In this document: one piece after another, positions 17,296-26,906 of the stretch
How the letters are laid out: the number at the start of each line of letters is the position of its first letter
Numbering within the stretch: position 1 is the stretch's first letter
Program-made: the position numbers and the translations under genes
The notes under the pieces: model-generated
Seen by the model: only the letters and a program-made list of their open reading frames with translations
Told to the model about the DNA's origin: nothing
Databases searched by the model: none
From: a virus
Taxonomy: Duplodnaviria; Caudoviricetes
DNA: 57,344 bases
Virus record (IMG/VR): IMGVR_UViG_3300037010_003065
Location: 1-57,344 of that record
Reading direction: 5' to 3' (one strand)

Positions 17296-20187
17296 ATGCG
17301 TGGAAAGAAAACGAGCAACGGCTACGATCTCTTCAGGGAGGCCTGTGAGAACAGTGGCGATGAATTGGCGGATGCGCTCCTGACTGTCGTCGCCGAGGTT
17401 TTGAATGGCGGATTCGAGCAGGCTCTCGACAACTGCCCCGAGCAGATGAAAGCTATTCTGAATCTTCACCCTTACGGGCCTTACACCGAGCTATTCCTGA
17501 CCTTGGACAGGCAAGCGCTCGCCATGCAGGAAGATTTCAACGAGCTCATGCAGCAACAGGATGACATCGAGTACGAGAATAATCCGGTTATCAACGCTCT
17601 TAACGAGCTCGATAACAAGTTCTACTCCTGGTCAGACGAGTTCTACTCCGAGGTTGTCGCGACCCTCACGTTCAAAATCACGGACGAAGACAAAGATCTT
17701 TTGAAGGGCATGGGCATCAAAGGGCGCGCCAAGACCAACGCTGTGGAGAAGGACGCGAAGATCCTCGTCACGCGCAGTACCATCGCGCGCGGCGTCGCAG
17801 AAGCGAACGCGCTCCTCGAGCATCTGGATGAAGGCCTGAAGGTGATGACCGAAGGCGAGGGATCCGAGGACGTCATGCCTTCATTCCTCCTCGACGAGGT
17901 CGAGGAGATCCTTGAGATCAAGGGTCGTCTCGAAAGTCTTCTCGCGGCGACACCTGAAGATTTGCAGGCTGATTTCGGCAGTACCTCTCTCGAGGAACTG
18001 CTGGACGACACGAATCCAAGCGGCTTCGCCCAGATCGTACAGGGTGATCTCAAACGGATTGCCGAAATTCGGATGCAGTACGCCGAAGCCGGCTTCGAGA
18101 ACCTGATGGATCCGTCCGTCCGAACTTCAATGAAGGAAGCAGATTTTCTCGGTGACACCGTCCGCGACACCGTCAAGTACCTCCGCATGAACAAGGAGAA
18201 GCTGAAGCAGCTTCTCCAGACGAGCGGCAAGGGCGAACCTGCTGTGATGCAGGAGCTGCAGAAACTTCCCGTGGGTACGCAGAAGCCCAACGCTCTCACG
18301 TCCCTCGTCACCCAGTGGCTGAATCAGGCTGTGACCGACGTCGATCTCACTCAGGGCGTTGAGAGGCTTGTCCAGAAGCGCGGGAGCGCGAAGACCGCAG
18401 GAGCTGTCGACGAGGTAGGCAAGTTCTGGGTCGTGACGCAGCCAACTGAAAATTCAACTCTCGCCGACGTCGTCTTTGGCGCCACCATCGAGCGGATGAT
18501 GCTTCAAGCTCTTGGCGGGTTGCGATACAATGAAATCCTCGGCATCTACCGCGATCGTGAGGTCGCAATTCAGGAAGGTCGCAAGCTCGTACCCAACGAC
18601 AAGTACCCTGACAGCTTCGTAGCGTCCACGGACGACAGCATCGTCTCTGTCAACTCGATCACCGCGTCCAAAAAGGCCGCGCAGACAACGTCCCGGGACG
18701 TACGTCGCGCCATCAAGTTTCTCGGCGAGCTCATCGCCATGCACCGGGAGCAGTACTTTAACTTCAAGAAAGTTGTGGTCGCAGTCAATAGCAGTGCCAT
18801 CAGCCGCCAGACCGCGGAAAAGATCTTCGAAGCCATGACCTACATGGAAGAGACGAAGCGCAACCTTGAGAAGCAACTCCGCGAAGTCGAGCAGGAAGAG
18901 CAGGCCATGGAGGCTTTCGAAAAGACTTCACCCGGTGAAGTCGCAAAGTCTTCCGCCCCCAAGAAGGCCGCCCCAGCCAAGCCCTACTACGTCATCAAGT
19001 TCATCAAGGGTGGTGAGGCCACCTACTTCAACGCCGATGCCCCCAGGCGGGCCTGGGAGAAGCCAAGCCTTGCCACCAAGTATGAGAACGCCAGCGAACC
19101 TCGTGGCCTCGTCATGGGAACCATGATGGGCACCCATGACTTCAGCCAGTATCAGAAGGCCCTAGACTACCTCGGTGGCCCCGCTAGCGTGGAAGCCCGG
19201 GTCGTCAAGGTCAACCCCAAGAGTGGGGCGGCCGAGAAGATCACCAAGTGCGTGGACTGCGGCAAGTCCTTGCCCGTTGGCAAGATGGTAAAAAACAGCG
19301 AGGGTGCTGGCTACCTCTGCCACGAGTGCGAGGCCATCCGCGAGAAAGAGGACAAGGCCAAGGAGGGTGCTGCCTCAAAGAAGGCCGCGAGCGCCTGGAA
19401 GTACAACGTCTACCCCATGCAAATCGAAGGCGAGCGAAAGCCACTCGGCACCATCGAGGTCCAGAACCCCGAGACGCTGTCGGATGCTGACTACGACGCC
19501 ATCGTCCTGAAGCAACTGCAACCGTGGCTCCCTGAGAATGCTCACGACGTGAAGATGTCTTGGGCCGCAGGTGCTACGATTGGAAACGCTTACATCCCCA
19601 ACAGTGGCGGCGCCCCTGAGCGAGTTCTGTACCTCGAAGTTCCGACTTCATCTGACGAGCAGGAAAAGGAGATGGCGGACGAGACTAAGAATCCTCACAT
19701 CACAGCCGGCGTTGGTGAGCATGATGACACCGGCCTTGGTGAAACGGGTTCAACCACATCCATGCCTGTCAGCTTCATCTGCCGCACCGATGGCAAGGGT
19801 CTTTGGTCCAGTACCGCCACGAAGGTTCAGGTCACAGAGTTGGAGCTCTACACCATCTATTATGACGGCGATCCCATCTACGAGTTGAAGGCCTATTTCA
19901 ACAAGGTGAACTGGGATACAAACAAACTCGGTCTCATCTATACCGACGCCACCTGGATGCGCGACTTCAAGCAGAATCTGAAACAGCTCGGTCTTGGTAC
20001 TGACGTCACCTACTCCGAACAGGGCATGCAGGGTGATGACTACGTCAGCCTTGACGTTGGTCCCAAGTTCCTGCGCAGCTGGCAGCGGATCAACAAGACC
20101 AACGAGCCACTACCCGAAATCACGGACGAAGACAAAGATCTTTTGAAGGGCATGGGCATCAAAGGAGGCTTTCATGCTCGCTGCTGA
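17296..20187 (+). CDS. Large mosaic polyprotein with N-terminal DMP19/DUF4375-like domain and KxA linkers
   Basis: AEVLNGGFEQALDN...LDNKFY; linkers SAKTAG, SKKAAQ, PKKAAP, SKKAAS; a CVDC..CHEC finger; two ITDEDKDLLKGMGIKG copies. Confidence 0.7.
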   Translation: MRGKKTSNGYDLFREACENSGDELADALLTVVAEVLNGGFEQALDNCPEQMKAILNLHPYGPYTELFLTLDRQALAMQEDFNELMQQQDDIEYENNPVINALNELDNKFYSWSDEFYSEVVATLTFKITDEDKDLLKGMGIKGRAKTNAVEKDAKILVTRSTIARGVAEANALLEHLDEGLKVMTEGEGSEDVMPSFLLDEVEEILEIKGRLESLLAATPEDLQADFGSTSLEELLDDTNPSGFAQIVQGDLKRIAEIRMQYAEAGFENLMDPSVRTSMKEADFLGDTVRDTVKYLRMNKEKLKQLLQTSGKGEPAVMQELQKLPVGTQKPNALTSLVTQWLNQAVTDVDLTQGVERLVQKRGSAKTAGAVDEVGKFWVVTQPTENSTLADVVFGATIERMMLQALGGLRYNEILGIYRDREVAIQEGRKLVPNDKYPDSFVASTDDSIVSVNSITASKKAAQTTSRDVRRAIKFLGELIAMHREQYFNFKKVVVAVNSSAISRQTAEKIFEAMTYMEETKRNLEKQLREVEQEEQAMEAFEKTSPGEVAKSSAPKKAAPAKPYYVIKFIKGGEATYFNADAPRRAWEKPSLATKYENASEPRGLVMGTMMGTHDFSQYQKALDYLGGPASVEARVVKVNPKSGAAEKITKCVDCGKSLPVGKMVKNSEGAGYLCHECEAIREKEDKAKEGAASKKAASAWKYNVYPMQIEGERKPLGTIEVQNPETLSDADYDAIVLKQLQPWLPENAHDVKMSWAAGATIGNAYIPNSGGAPERVLYLEVPTSSDEQEKEMADETKNPHITAGVGEHDDTGLGETGSTTSMPVSFICRTDGKGLWSSTATKVQVTELELYTIYYDGDPIYELKAYFNKVNWDTNKLGLIYTDATWMRDFKQNLKQLGLGTDVTYSEQGMQGDDYVSLDVGPKFLRSWQRINKTNEPLPEITDEDKDLLKGMGIKGGFHARC
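17675..17723 (+). repeat. 49-bp direct repeat, copy 1 (identical to 20117-20165)
   Basis: AAATCACGGACGAAGACAAAGATCTTTTGAAGGGCATGGGCATCAAAGG. Confidence 0.95.
20117..20165 (+). repeat. 49-bp direct repeat, copy 2
   Basis: Identical to 17675-17723, same frame, 2442 nt downstream. Confidence 0.95.
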
Positions 20188-21712
20188 TGACGGCGCTGCT
20201 GGCACGAGGCAGGACAAGAGCTCTAAAAAAAACTCTAGTCGGTGTGTAGCAGGTAAAGAAGTCCGCGACTGGGGCATTGAAGAGATCCTGGCAGGTCTCA
20301 TCCTCGAGGACGCGTCATACCGGGCGCTGGTTGACAAGTTCCACAGCGGCGAGATCACGTTCGATGAGTGGAAGAAAACCGTGGAGACGCAGTGGCCCTA
20401 TGACTACTGCCTAGAGCAGGCTCAGCACCAGGGCTATCCCACGATTGACTACGACTTCATCCTCGATCTCCTGGAAGCAGACCTCGAGGATGACCGGGGT
20501 TTCAATGCTCCTGAGGCCGCGCACGGGACGCAGCTGAAGCCCCATACGGAAGTACCTGAGGGACCGGTTTCATTCGGCGACAAGGACAAGGATTTTCTGC
20601 GCAGCCTGGGCATCGTTGGTCGGGCCAAGTCCGCCGGCAGGCATGCGAAGATCGCTGCCCCCGACGTCTTTCGCCTCTCGCGCGAATTCAGTCGCCAGCT
20701 CATCGAAGCCGTGGAAGAGTACCACCCCGGCAAGACGCAGGAGCTCGTGCGGCTGACGATGGCTGAAGACGATCCGAACATCTGCCACAGCCACGACTAC
20801 TGCGACGCCAACATGGTGATGCTGGATGCGTTCAAGGACGTGGTCGGCCGCGATCTCTGCATGCCTTCTGAAGTCGAGGAGGGGACCTGCGACGTCGCAA
20901 CGCAGGAAGCGGACATGGAGATGGTGAACAGAGCCTGGGACCTCGCGAAGAAGAACCTTTTCTACCTCAAGGACAAAGAGGACATGGCTAACCGTCCTCC
21001 TAAACCGCCGAAGTCGTACAGTGACGAGGACAAGGAGACGCTGAAGAGCCGAGGCGTCAAGGGACGCCTTGCGGCGAAAGAATTGAAGGATGTGCCTGTT
21101 GCTACAAAGGGACCAACTGCTGACAAAGGCGATACCTTCGAGAACGCGCTTGAGTACCTGGAAGAAAACGCGGAGGAGCTCGAAGGTGGTACCGTTGCCG
21201 ACGCCATGAAGCTCCTAGAAGGCGGCGAGTACTCACGCGAGGTCATCTCGAAGGTGATCGCGGAAGTGTACGGACCCCTCGCAGAAACGACACTATCTGC
21301 GCCTGCGTCTGAGCCCGCCGAAGAGAAGAAAGAAAAGAAGGACGCGGATGAGCCCACTGTTGTAGAGGTTCCCGCTAGAACGCCGGCTGTGAACATTGTC
21401 ATCAACGTCACCGCCAAAAAGAAGGTGGCCGGCGCCTACAGTGCTGAATGGACCGTGCCGTACAGCAAGGCTCCTGATGAAGCAGCGTTGCAGCGTTGGT
21501 GGGCCGAGATGTTGAAACATCCCGATGCGCGTGGGGATAAGCATGGGTACGGAGGCCTTCCGCCTCGCCTCAAGGTCAGCCCCGAGGAAGTGCAAACGCG
21601 CAATGAAGCACGCGTACTCGTTAAGGACAAAGCAGAGAAGTGGGATTTTGCCTACGCCGTGAGATGCAAGGAGAAGGAAGCCTGGATCGTTGGAGCCTGG
21701 ATTCCGGAATGA
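20174..21712 (+). CDS. Mosaic acidic polyprotein with KxA linkers
   Basis: AGGAGG RBS; linkers RAKSAG, HAKIAA, KKKVAG; an ICHSHDYCDANM module; two DxDK..L...G tags. Confidence 0.7.
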   Translation: MLAADDGAAGTRQDKSSKKNSSRCVAGKEVRDWGIEEILAGLILEDASYRALVDKFHSGEITFDEWKKTVETQWPYDYCLEQAQHQGYPTIDYDFILDLLEADLEDDRGFNAPEAAHGTQLKPHTEVPEGPVSFGDKDKDFLRSLGIVGRAKSAGRHAKIAAPDVFRLSREFSRQLIEAVEEYHPGKTQELVRLTMAEDDPNICHSHDYCDANMVMLDAFKDVVGRDLCMPSEVEEGTCDVATQEADMEMVNRAWDLAKKNLFYLKDKEDMANRPPKPPKSYSDEDKETLKSRGVKGRLAAKELKDVPVATKGPTADKGDTFENALEYLEENAEELEGGTVADAMKLLEGGEYSREVISKVIAEVYGPLAETTLSAPASEPAEEKKEKKDADEPTVVEVPARTPAVNIVINVTAKKKVAGAYSAEWTVPYSKAPDEAALQRWWAEMLKHPDARGDKHGYGGLPPRLKVSPEEVQTRNEARVLVKDKAEKWDFAYAVRCKEKEAWIVGAWIPE

Positions 21713-21876
21713 AGACCGCGGGCGTGTACGTCCTGGAAAACGCGGTCGCAGGGACTGTGTACGCAGGCCCTACGTCAAACCCAGAGCACAGGAAACATGA
21801 CCATTTCAAGCGTTTACGGCAACAGCAACACTCCAAGAAACTGCAAGCGACGTATGACGTGGACCTGCGCGAATAA
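21709..21876 (+). pseudogene. Truncated GIY-YIG endonuclease remnant
   Basis: GVYVLEN...VYAGPTSNPEHRKHDHFKRLRQQQHSKKLQ aligns by eye with the N-terminus of 1815-2750 (shared HSKKLQ) and stops after 55 aa. Confidence 0.75.
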
Positions 21877-21970
21877 TGAAGTCCTGACTTCTGATCCCAT
21901 TAGTCAGGAGGCACTGCTTCCGAACTCTGTTGTCGCTTCCTTCTAGTCACCACACGCCAAGGAGATCTAA

Positions 21971-22648
21971 ATGTCCAGTTTTGCTGATTCCTATCTTTAC
22001 AGGCAAGGAGCTTCGGCACAAACGAAGACGGTGGTGTCCACGCGCTTCAAGATCTACAGCCACGCCGTGGGTGTGGGCAAGTTCGCGCGTATGGGCGTGA
22101 CCTCGTCCTTCCAGGTGTCCGAGTCCAAGAACGTGGACGCCATCCGCGGCCTCGGCTACGGCGACCAGATTGCTGAGCTTGTCCCTGGCGTGACCCAGCC
22201 GATGTCACTGACCATCGACCGCTACGCTCTCTACCTCGCCAACATGATGCAGATGCTCGGCTACAAGGCTGGCGTCAGCGGTCTCGTGCGGTCGCTCAAG
22301 CATCACAAGTGGCCGTTCGACATCAAGACCGAGATCGTGTTCTCGGAACTGGCGTCGGAGGCCAAAGACATCGGACAGGCCACGAAGGCCAACGTCCCTG
22401 GCGAGGGTGGTCTCAATAACCTCGGCAACCCTGGCCTCTACGCTGTCGTCACTGTCTACGAAGGATGCTGGATGGAATCGTACTCCACCGGCTACCAGGT
22501 CGACCAGGCCGCTGTGACCGAAAACGCCACCGTCGTTGTCTCTGACGTCTTCGACGTCGCTGGCTCCGTCTACGGCGAGTTCATTGACGCTGGTCTCAAC
22601 AAGGGCGACGTGACTGGCCGTAGCATCCGCTACGCCACTGAGCGCTAA
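21971..22648 (+). CDS. Tail tube protein
   Basis: IRGLGYGDQIAELVPG, LTIDR, WPFDIK, VTVYEGCWMESYS..Y pattern of myovirus tubes; AAGGAG RBS; strong codon bias. Confidence 0.85.
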   Translation: MSSFADSYLYRQGASAQTKTVVSTRFKIYSHAVGVGKFARMGVTSSFQVSESKNVDAIRGLGYGDQIAELVPGVTQPMSLTIDRYALYLANMMQMLGYKAGVSGLVRSLKHHKWPFDIKTEIVFSELASEAKDIGQATKANVPGEGGLNNLGNPGLYAVVTVYEGCWMESYSTGYQVDQAAVTENATVVVSDVFDVAGSVYGEFIDAGLNKGDVTGRSIRYATER

Positions 22649-22671
22649 CCCTTAAGCCTTTGGAGAACGCA

Positions 22672-23862
22672 ATGGCTTCAGGGCGCGCTTCCACGAAAAG
22701 GGCTATGCTCAGTCTCGCGCACCTCGAAGTGCCTGAGCTGAACGAAGCCCTTTCCATGGGTGAAGGCCTAGATTTCATCGGCTTGGTCGAGGCGAAATTC
22801 CTAGGCAAGAGTCACAGCGGCAGCATGAGCACGCTCACGACCTTCAACTACGCCGGCATCTTCGGAAAGCACGGAGAGTTCAGCGTCGGCTTTTTCTACG
22901 TCTACATCGACGCCGAAGGCGTACTAAAGGGTAACTTCGACGAGGATCAGCCCGATGACATCTACGATGATCTGGGCGCCGCTCGTGCAGCGTTGCGGAA
23001 CACTCGGATGGCTTCGGCGAAGCAGGCTCTCGACGCAGTGAACGAACAGTTCAATGCTCCCACGCAGGACCCTCGCGCCGACAAAGACTACGTCAATCCG
23101 TTCCAGGGTAAGATCCGGTCTGAAGGCAAGGACATCGACCCTGCTATCTACCGCGATCTCCTCGATGCAGCAAAGGACACAGTTGCGCCTGGCGCCAATA
23201 CGGCGTCGGACAAGACCGCGACTGTCAACAGCGAGGGCGTTCCGTACACCGACGAAAAGATGGCGCCGTACCGCGCTCAGTGGGAAGCGTTCCTCCAGAA
23301 GCTGGTCCCGAGGTACCGCGTCTGGGGCGAACCTCAAATTGACACTGCAGAAGGCACCATGACGGTGAACATGAAGGATCACCCGGGCTACGCCTTGAAG
23401 GTATGCGCGGAGTGGTTCGGCTACTACGACCGCAACTACAAGTACGATTTCCCCACTGACGATGATCCAGGCATGGCCTCGAACATCTACACGCTCCTTG
23501 AGACGGCAGCGGGTCAGACCGTCGACACGCTCGCGCAGTGGGAAGTACACCACCGTCGTGGACGCCTCATGTATCTGCCGACACCTCGCGCCTTCGCCAA
23601 AGACGTCGCGATCAGGTTGCAGGACCAGAAATTCGACGAGGGACAGCAACCTCTCCCGTTCAATGCCAGTGCCATGAAAGCTCGCTACATGGCGTACGGC
23701 AGAAAAAAAGCCCTTGACAACGATGACGGCGGCATCGAGATCCACACGGATCCGAAGAAGCTCCCGCCCTCCCAATTTCGCAAGCACATCGACAAGGATC
23801 TGAAGGAAGAGATTGCCGAGTCGAAGAAGGATGCGTCTTCCCGTTCCATGTATAGAGGATGA
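22672..23862 (+). CDS. Mosaic acidic protein with KxA linkers
   Basis: Linkers STKRAM, TRMASA, SDKTAT, RKKALD; lies just upstream of the protease. Confidence 0.6.
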   Translation: MASGRASTKRAMLSLAHLEVPELNEALSMGEGLDFIGLVEAKFLGKSHSGSMSTLTTFNYAGIFGKHGEFSVGFFYVYIDAEGVLKGNFDEDQPDDIYDDLGAARAALRNTRMASAKQALDAVNEQFNAPTQDPRADKDYVNPFQGKIRSEGKDIDPAIYRDLLDAAKDTVAPGANTASDKTATVNSEGVPYTDEKMAPYRAQWEAFLQKLVPRYRVWGEPQIDTAEGTMTVNMKDHPGYALKVCAEWFGYYDRNYKYDFPTDDDPGMASNIYTLLETAAGQTVDTLAQWEVHHRRGRLMYLPTPRAFAKDVAIRLQDQKFDEGQQPLPFNASAMKARYMAYGRKKALDNDDGGIEIHTDPKKLPPSQFRKHIDKDLKEEIAESKKDASSRSMYRG

Positions 23863-23869
23863 CGTGCCG

Positions 23870-24736
23870 ATGAAGAGGAAATTTGCTGCCACTCTAGCAG
23901 AACCTGTTCTAAAACCAGGGGACTGGGAGCGTCTTCACGGCCATCGCATCGGCAAAGGCATGAGCAAACGAGCCGCGCTAATTCCTGGCGCGAGCACCAA
24001 GTACCTGCTCAGTCACTGCACCATCGTGTCGTCTGTGATGGTCGAACCAGACCCGCACGACTACCTCATCAAGCCTGAGTGCTCGCATCTCGTCAACAAT
24101 AACGACGATGCCTGGACGAACGAGGTTCTTGCGCTGAGTCACAAGACCTTCCGCGGTGGTTTCAACTTCGTCGAGCACTTCCAGAACTCGCAAGCCTCAA
24201 AGGGTCACATCCTTGATTCAGTTCTCCGGAAGGTGAACATCGGTGATGCCTGGGTCTACTTCTGCGACATCCTCGTCGCCACCGACTTCCGCCACGAGGA
24301 GTTGGTGAATAAGATTCGGCGTGGTGACACCAAGTACCTATCAATGGGATGCGTCACCGACGTAGTGATCTGCAGCTTCTGCGGACAGCGCATTGGCGAC
24401 TACACTCGGCCATGCTTCCATCTTGCCTACCATAAAGGCCATTTCCTTCCGGATGACGACGGCATTCCACGCCGCGTCGCTGAGCTCTGCGGACATAAGT
24501 CACTGCCTGGTGGCGGTGTCCGATTTGTTGAAGCCTCGTGGGTTGAGACCCCGGCATTCCCGGGCGCAGTTAAGCGCTCAATCATCGCCGACGGCTGGGA
24601 AGGTCCTGTTGTCCAGTTGAAGCGGTCGAAGGAAGCCGGCATCAAGAAGGCCGCAAGCCAGGAGACTGAACTTTCCACGCGCTCTATTGAGATTGCAGCC
24701 TCCAGGGCAGATCTCAACTCTCGTCTCGGGAGGTAA
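23870..24736 (+). CDS. Prohead maturation protease (assemblin/HK97-type) with Cys/His insertion
   Basis: NFVEH (His), LSMGC (Ser), CSFCG..CFH insertion, FVEASWVETPAF; sits before scaffold, decoration and capsid genes. Confidence 0.85.
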   Translation: MKRKFAATLAEPVLKPGDWERLHGHRIGKGMSKRAALIPGASTKYLLSHCTIVSSVMVEPDPHDYLIKPECSHLVNNNDDAWTNEVLALSHKTFRGGFNFVEHFQNSQASKGHILDSVLRKVNIGDAWVYFCDILVATDFRHEELVNKIRRGDTKYLSMGCVTDVVICSFCGQRIGDYTRPCFHLAYHKGHFLPDDDGIPRRVAELCGHKSLPGGGVRFVEASWVETPAFPGAVKRSIIADGWEGPVVQLKRSKEAGIKKAASQETELSTRSIEIAASRADLNSRLGR

Positions 24737-24741
24737 AAACA

Positions 24742-26247
24742 ATGTCAGGACTCTCATCTAAAGGAGGAAGTGCCTTGCCAACCCCTGCTGCTCCCCGTCG
24801 TACGCCTGCGACACTCCGTGAGCGCGTTGAACAGCGACGTGCGAGCGAAGGCCCCAAGGCCGCTCCTGCCAGCGATGTTCGCGCTCGTGTTGCGGCTCTC
24901 CGTGACCGACTCACTCGCAACGCTGCTCCCGCTGTCAAGGCTCCTGTTGTTTCTGCTCCCGCTCAGCGCCTCACGTCCAGGCAGGTCGCCGCGCTGAAGA
25001 CCGCTGCGAAAGTACGCGTCGCTTCGGCATGGACCCTTGCGAAGGCGCTGGTCCCTGGCGCTGAGCCAAAGTTCCAGTATCGCCTGGCTTCGTCCCTCCT
25101 GGACAACCCCACCAACATCCTGACCGCCGCCCTCCGCAACGCCGCGAAGGCCGCGTACTTCTCTCGTGTCGCCGAGACGCTTGAGATCGAGCACAAGGTC
25201 AGCCTCAACGATCTCCTCGAGTCTCCCTCTGTGCTTCAGACCCTGAAGAACGAGCTGGAGAAGGAGCTGAAGGGCGAGGCCAAGACTGCCACTCGCAAGA
25301 AGGCTGACGAGGGCGAAGAGAAGCCTGCGAAGGGCGAAGAGAAGCCTGACGAGGGCGAAGAGAAGCCTGCGAAGGGCGAAGAGGGCATGGAAGGCGAAGA
25401 GGGCATGGAAGGCGAAGAGGGCATGGAAGGCGAAGAGGGCATGGAAGGCGATCCCGCCGCCGAAGCCGAGGAAGAGCTCACCGTCGACGAGAAGGTCGAG
25501 CAGCTGGAAACCCGCGTCGACGCCGTCGAGCAGGAAGTCGCCGAGCTCGAACAGTCCGTACCCGCTGAAGCTGAAGAAGAGATCGACCTCGACAGCATGT
25601 TTGGTGGTGAAGAAGGCGAGATGATGCTGGACGAGAAGATGTCCGCGCTGGCCAACGAGGACGAGGGCATGACCGCTTCAGAAGATGGCAGCGATGCTGA
25701 CTTCTTCGGCCCCTCCAACCTCCGGGCTGGTCTCGAGGGCATGGACGACGTCGACATCTCTGATGCCTCTGACTTCTTCAAGACCACTGTCGCATCCGAG
25801 CAGCCTGACCAGCTCGGCCAGCTCATGGGTGGCCGTCCCCGCAGCGCCAAGGATCTGCGTGCGAACGCCGAATCCGTGGTCGAGCCCGGTGACATCGTCG
25901 ACCACTTCGAATCTGACTTCGCCGGTGATGAGCGCGATGCCGACACTGACCACGAAGATGACATCTTTGCTGAAGTGATCTCCGGCATCAACGAGCCTGA
26001 GTTCAAGCAGGAACACAACACCGCGCCGGCCTTCGAGCTGCCCAAGAGTGCTGTCGCGATCAAGGACAGCCGCAACGCCCAGGCCAAGGCTAAGGCCGCG
26101 GCGGGTGCAGTGAAGACCGTGTCCCGCGGTATGCAGAAGAAGTCCAGCGTGGTCAAGAGCGTGGGTAATCCCGCTCCTGCCCGTACGCAGGCCGACGAAC
26201 GCCGCCGCATCGCCTCCTTGGTCTTCAAGGACGAGGATGAATACTAG
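24742..26247 (+). CDS. Capsid scaffolding protein (putative)
   Basis: Basic N-terminus, very acidic coiled-coil middle; between protease and capsid genes. Confidence 0.7.
   Translation: MSGLSSKGGSALPTPAAPRRTPATLRERVEQRRASEGPKAAPASDVRARVAALRDRLTRNAAPAVKAPVVSAPAQRLTSRQVAALKTAAKVRVASAWTLAKALVPGAEPKFQYRLASSLLDNPTNILTAALRNAAKAAYFSRVAETLEIEHKVSLNDLLESPSVLQTLKNELEKELKGEAKTATRKKADEGEEKPAKGEEKPDEGEEKPAKGEEGMEGEEGMEGEEGMEGEEGMEGDPAAEAEEELTVDEKVEQLETRVDAVEQEVAELEQSVPAEAEEEIDLDSMFGGEEGEMMLDEKMSALANEDEGMTASEDGSDADFFGPSNLRAGLEGMDDVDISDASDFFKTTVASEQPDQLGQLMGGRPRSAKDLRANAESVVEPGDIVDHFESDFAGDERDADTDHEDDIFAEVISGINEPEFKQEHNTAPAFELPKSAVAIKDSRNAQAKAKAAAGAVKTVSRGMQKKSSVVKSVGNPAPARTQADERRRIASLVFKDEDEY
25306..25449 (+). 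repeat. Coding tandem repeats (GEEKP units, then EGEEGM x4)
   Basis: 21-bp and 18-bp units visible in the sequence. Confidence 0.9.
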
Positions 26248-26273
26248 TTCAGCGCGCTACTAAGCGCGTGCAG

Positions 26274-26306
26274 AAAGGGCGAGGTTTTCCTCGCCCTTTT
26301 CTTTTT
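26274..26306 (+). terminator. Intrinsic terminator after the scaffold gene
   Basis: AAAGGGCGAGG-TTTT-CCTCGCCCTTT then a T-rich tail. Confidence 0.9.
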
Positions 26307-26403
26307 GATTCCAACCCCTATTTTGTACGCGCGTTCTATGTAGAGCTTGTCACCGCGACCGCTCGGAACGATGCAAAAGATGTTCACCCAAGTGGAGGCT
26401 CAA

Positions 26404-26886
26404 GTGAATCTTGAGTTTGAATACTACGGGCAGAACGACGGCACCACGACCCCCGACGTCCCCCTCACCGGTGACCCGGCCGTCGACCAGCCCGTTCTGA
26501 CCGCCGCCGGGTACCTCAGCGGCCGCATCATGGCGCTGGCCTTCTCCGCGACTGCTGGTCGTGGCACGGTCATCGTCCCCTGCGACGGCGCTACCCATGT
26601 ACCCTACGGCACCCTCATCAACGGTCCCGGCAACTACGCCGAGTCCATCGGACCCTCCGGCTCCAAGAAGGCGCCTGTCGTCCGCGCCATGCCCAAGTTC
26701 AAGGTTCCCGCCCAGTCCTTCGTGGCCACCCCCACCAAGGCCTACAAGGTCGGTGACCCCTTGTACTGCGGCACCGGCGCGAGCGTCGGCCTCTGGACCG
26801 CGGACGCCAACGGCCCGCAGACTGGCATCTGCACTCATGTACCGAGCGCTGCTGAGCCCTGGCTCGGCGTCGCCCAGTCCTTCTAA
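26404..26886 (+). CDS. Head decoration / capsid cement protein (putative)
   Basis: GTG start after GGAGG; Gly-rich beta protein (YKVGDPLYC..G..T); directly before the capsid gene. Confidence 0.7.
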   Translation: MNLEFEYYGQNDGTTTPDVPLTGDPAVDQPVLTAAGYLSGRIMALAFSATAGRGTVIVPCDGATHVPYGTLINGPGNYAESIGPSGSKKAPVVRAMPKFKVPAQSFVATPTKAYKVGDPLYCGTGASVGLWTADANGPQTGICTHVPSAAEPWLGVAQSF

Positions 26887-26906
26887 GCGGAAAGGAGAAA
26901 CAGACC

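Noticed and set aside
17675-20165. 49-bp repeat pair (and the 51578 duplication) as a diversity-generating retroelement TR/VR
   Set aside because: No adenine-specific mismatches and no reverse transcriptase in the window.
20160-20190. Programmed frameshift joining the two polyproteins
   Set aside because: No clear slippery site, and the second ORF has its own AGGAGG and ATG.
13199-22648. Sheath and tube as a tailocin or extracellular contractile injection system
   Set aside because: Capsid, protease, scaffold and terminase are present, so a phage is the simpler reading.
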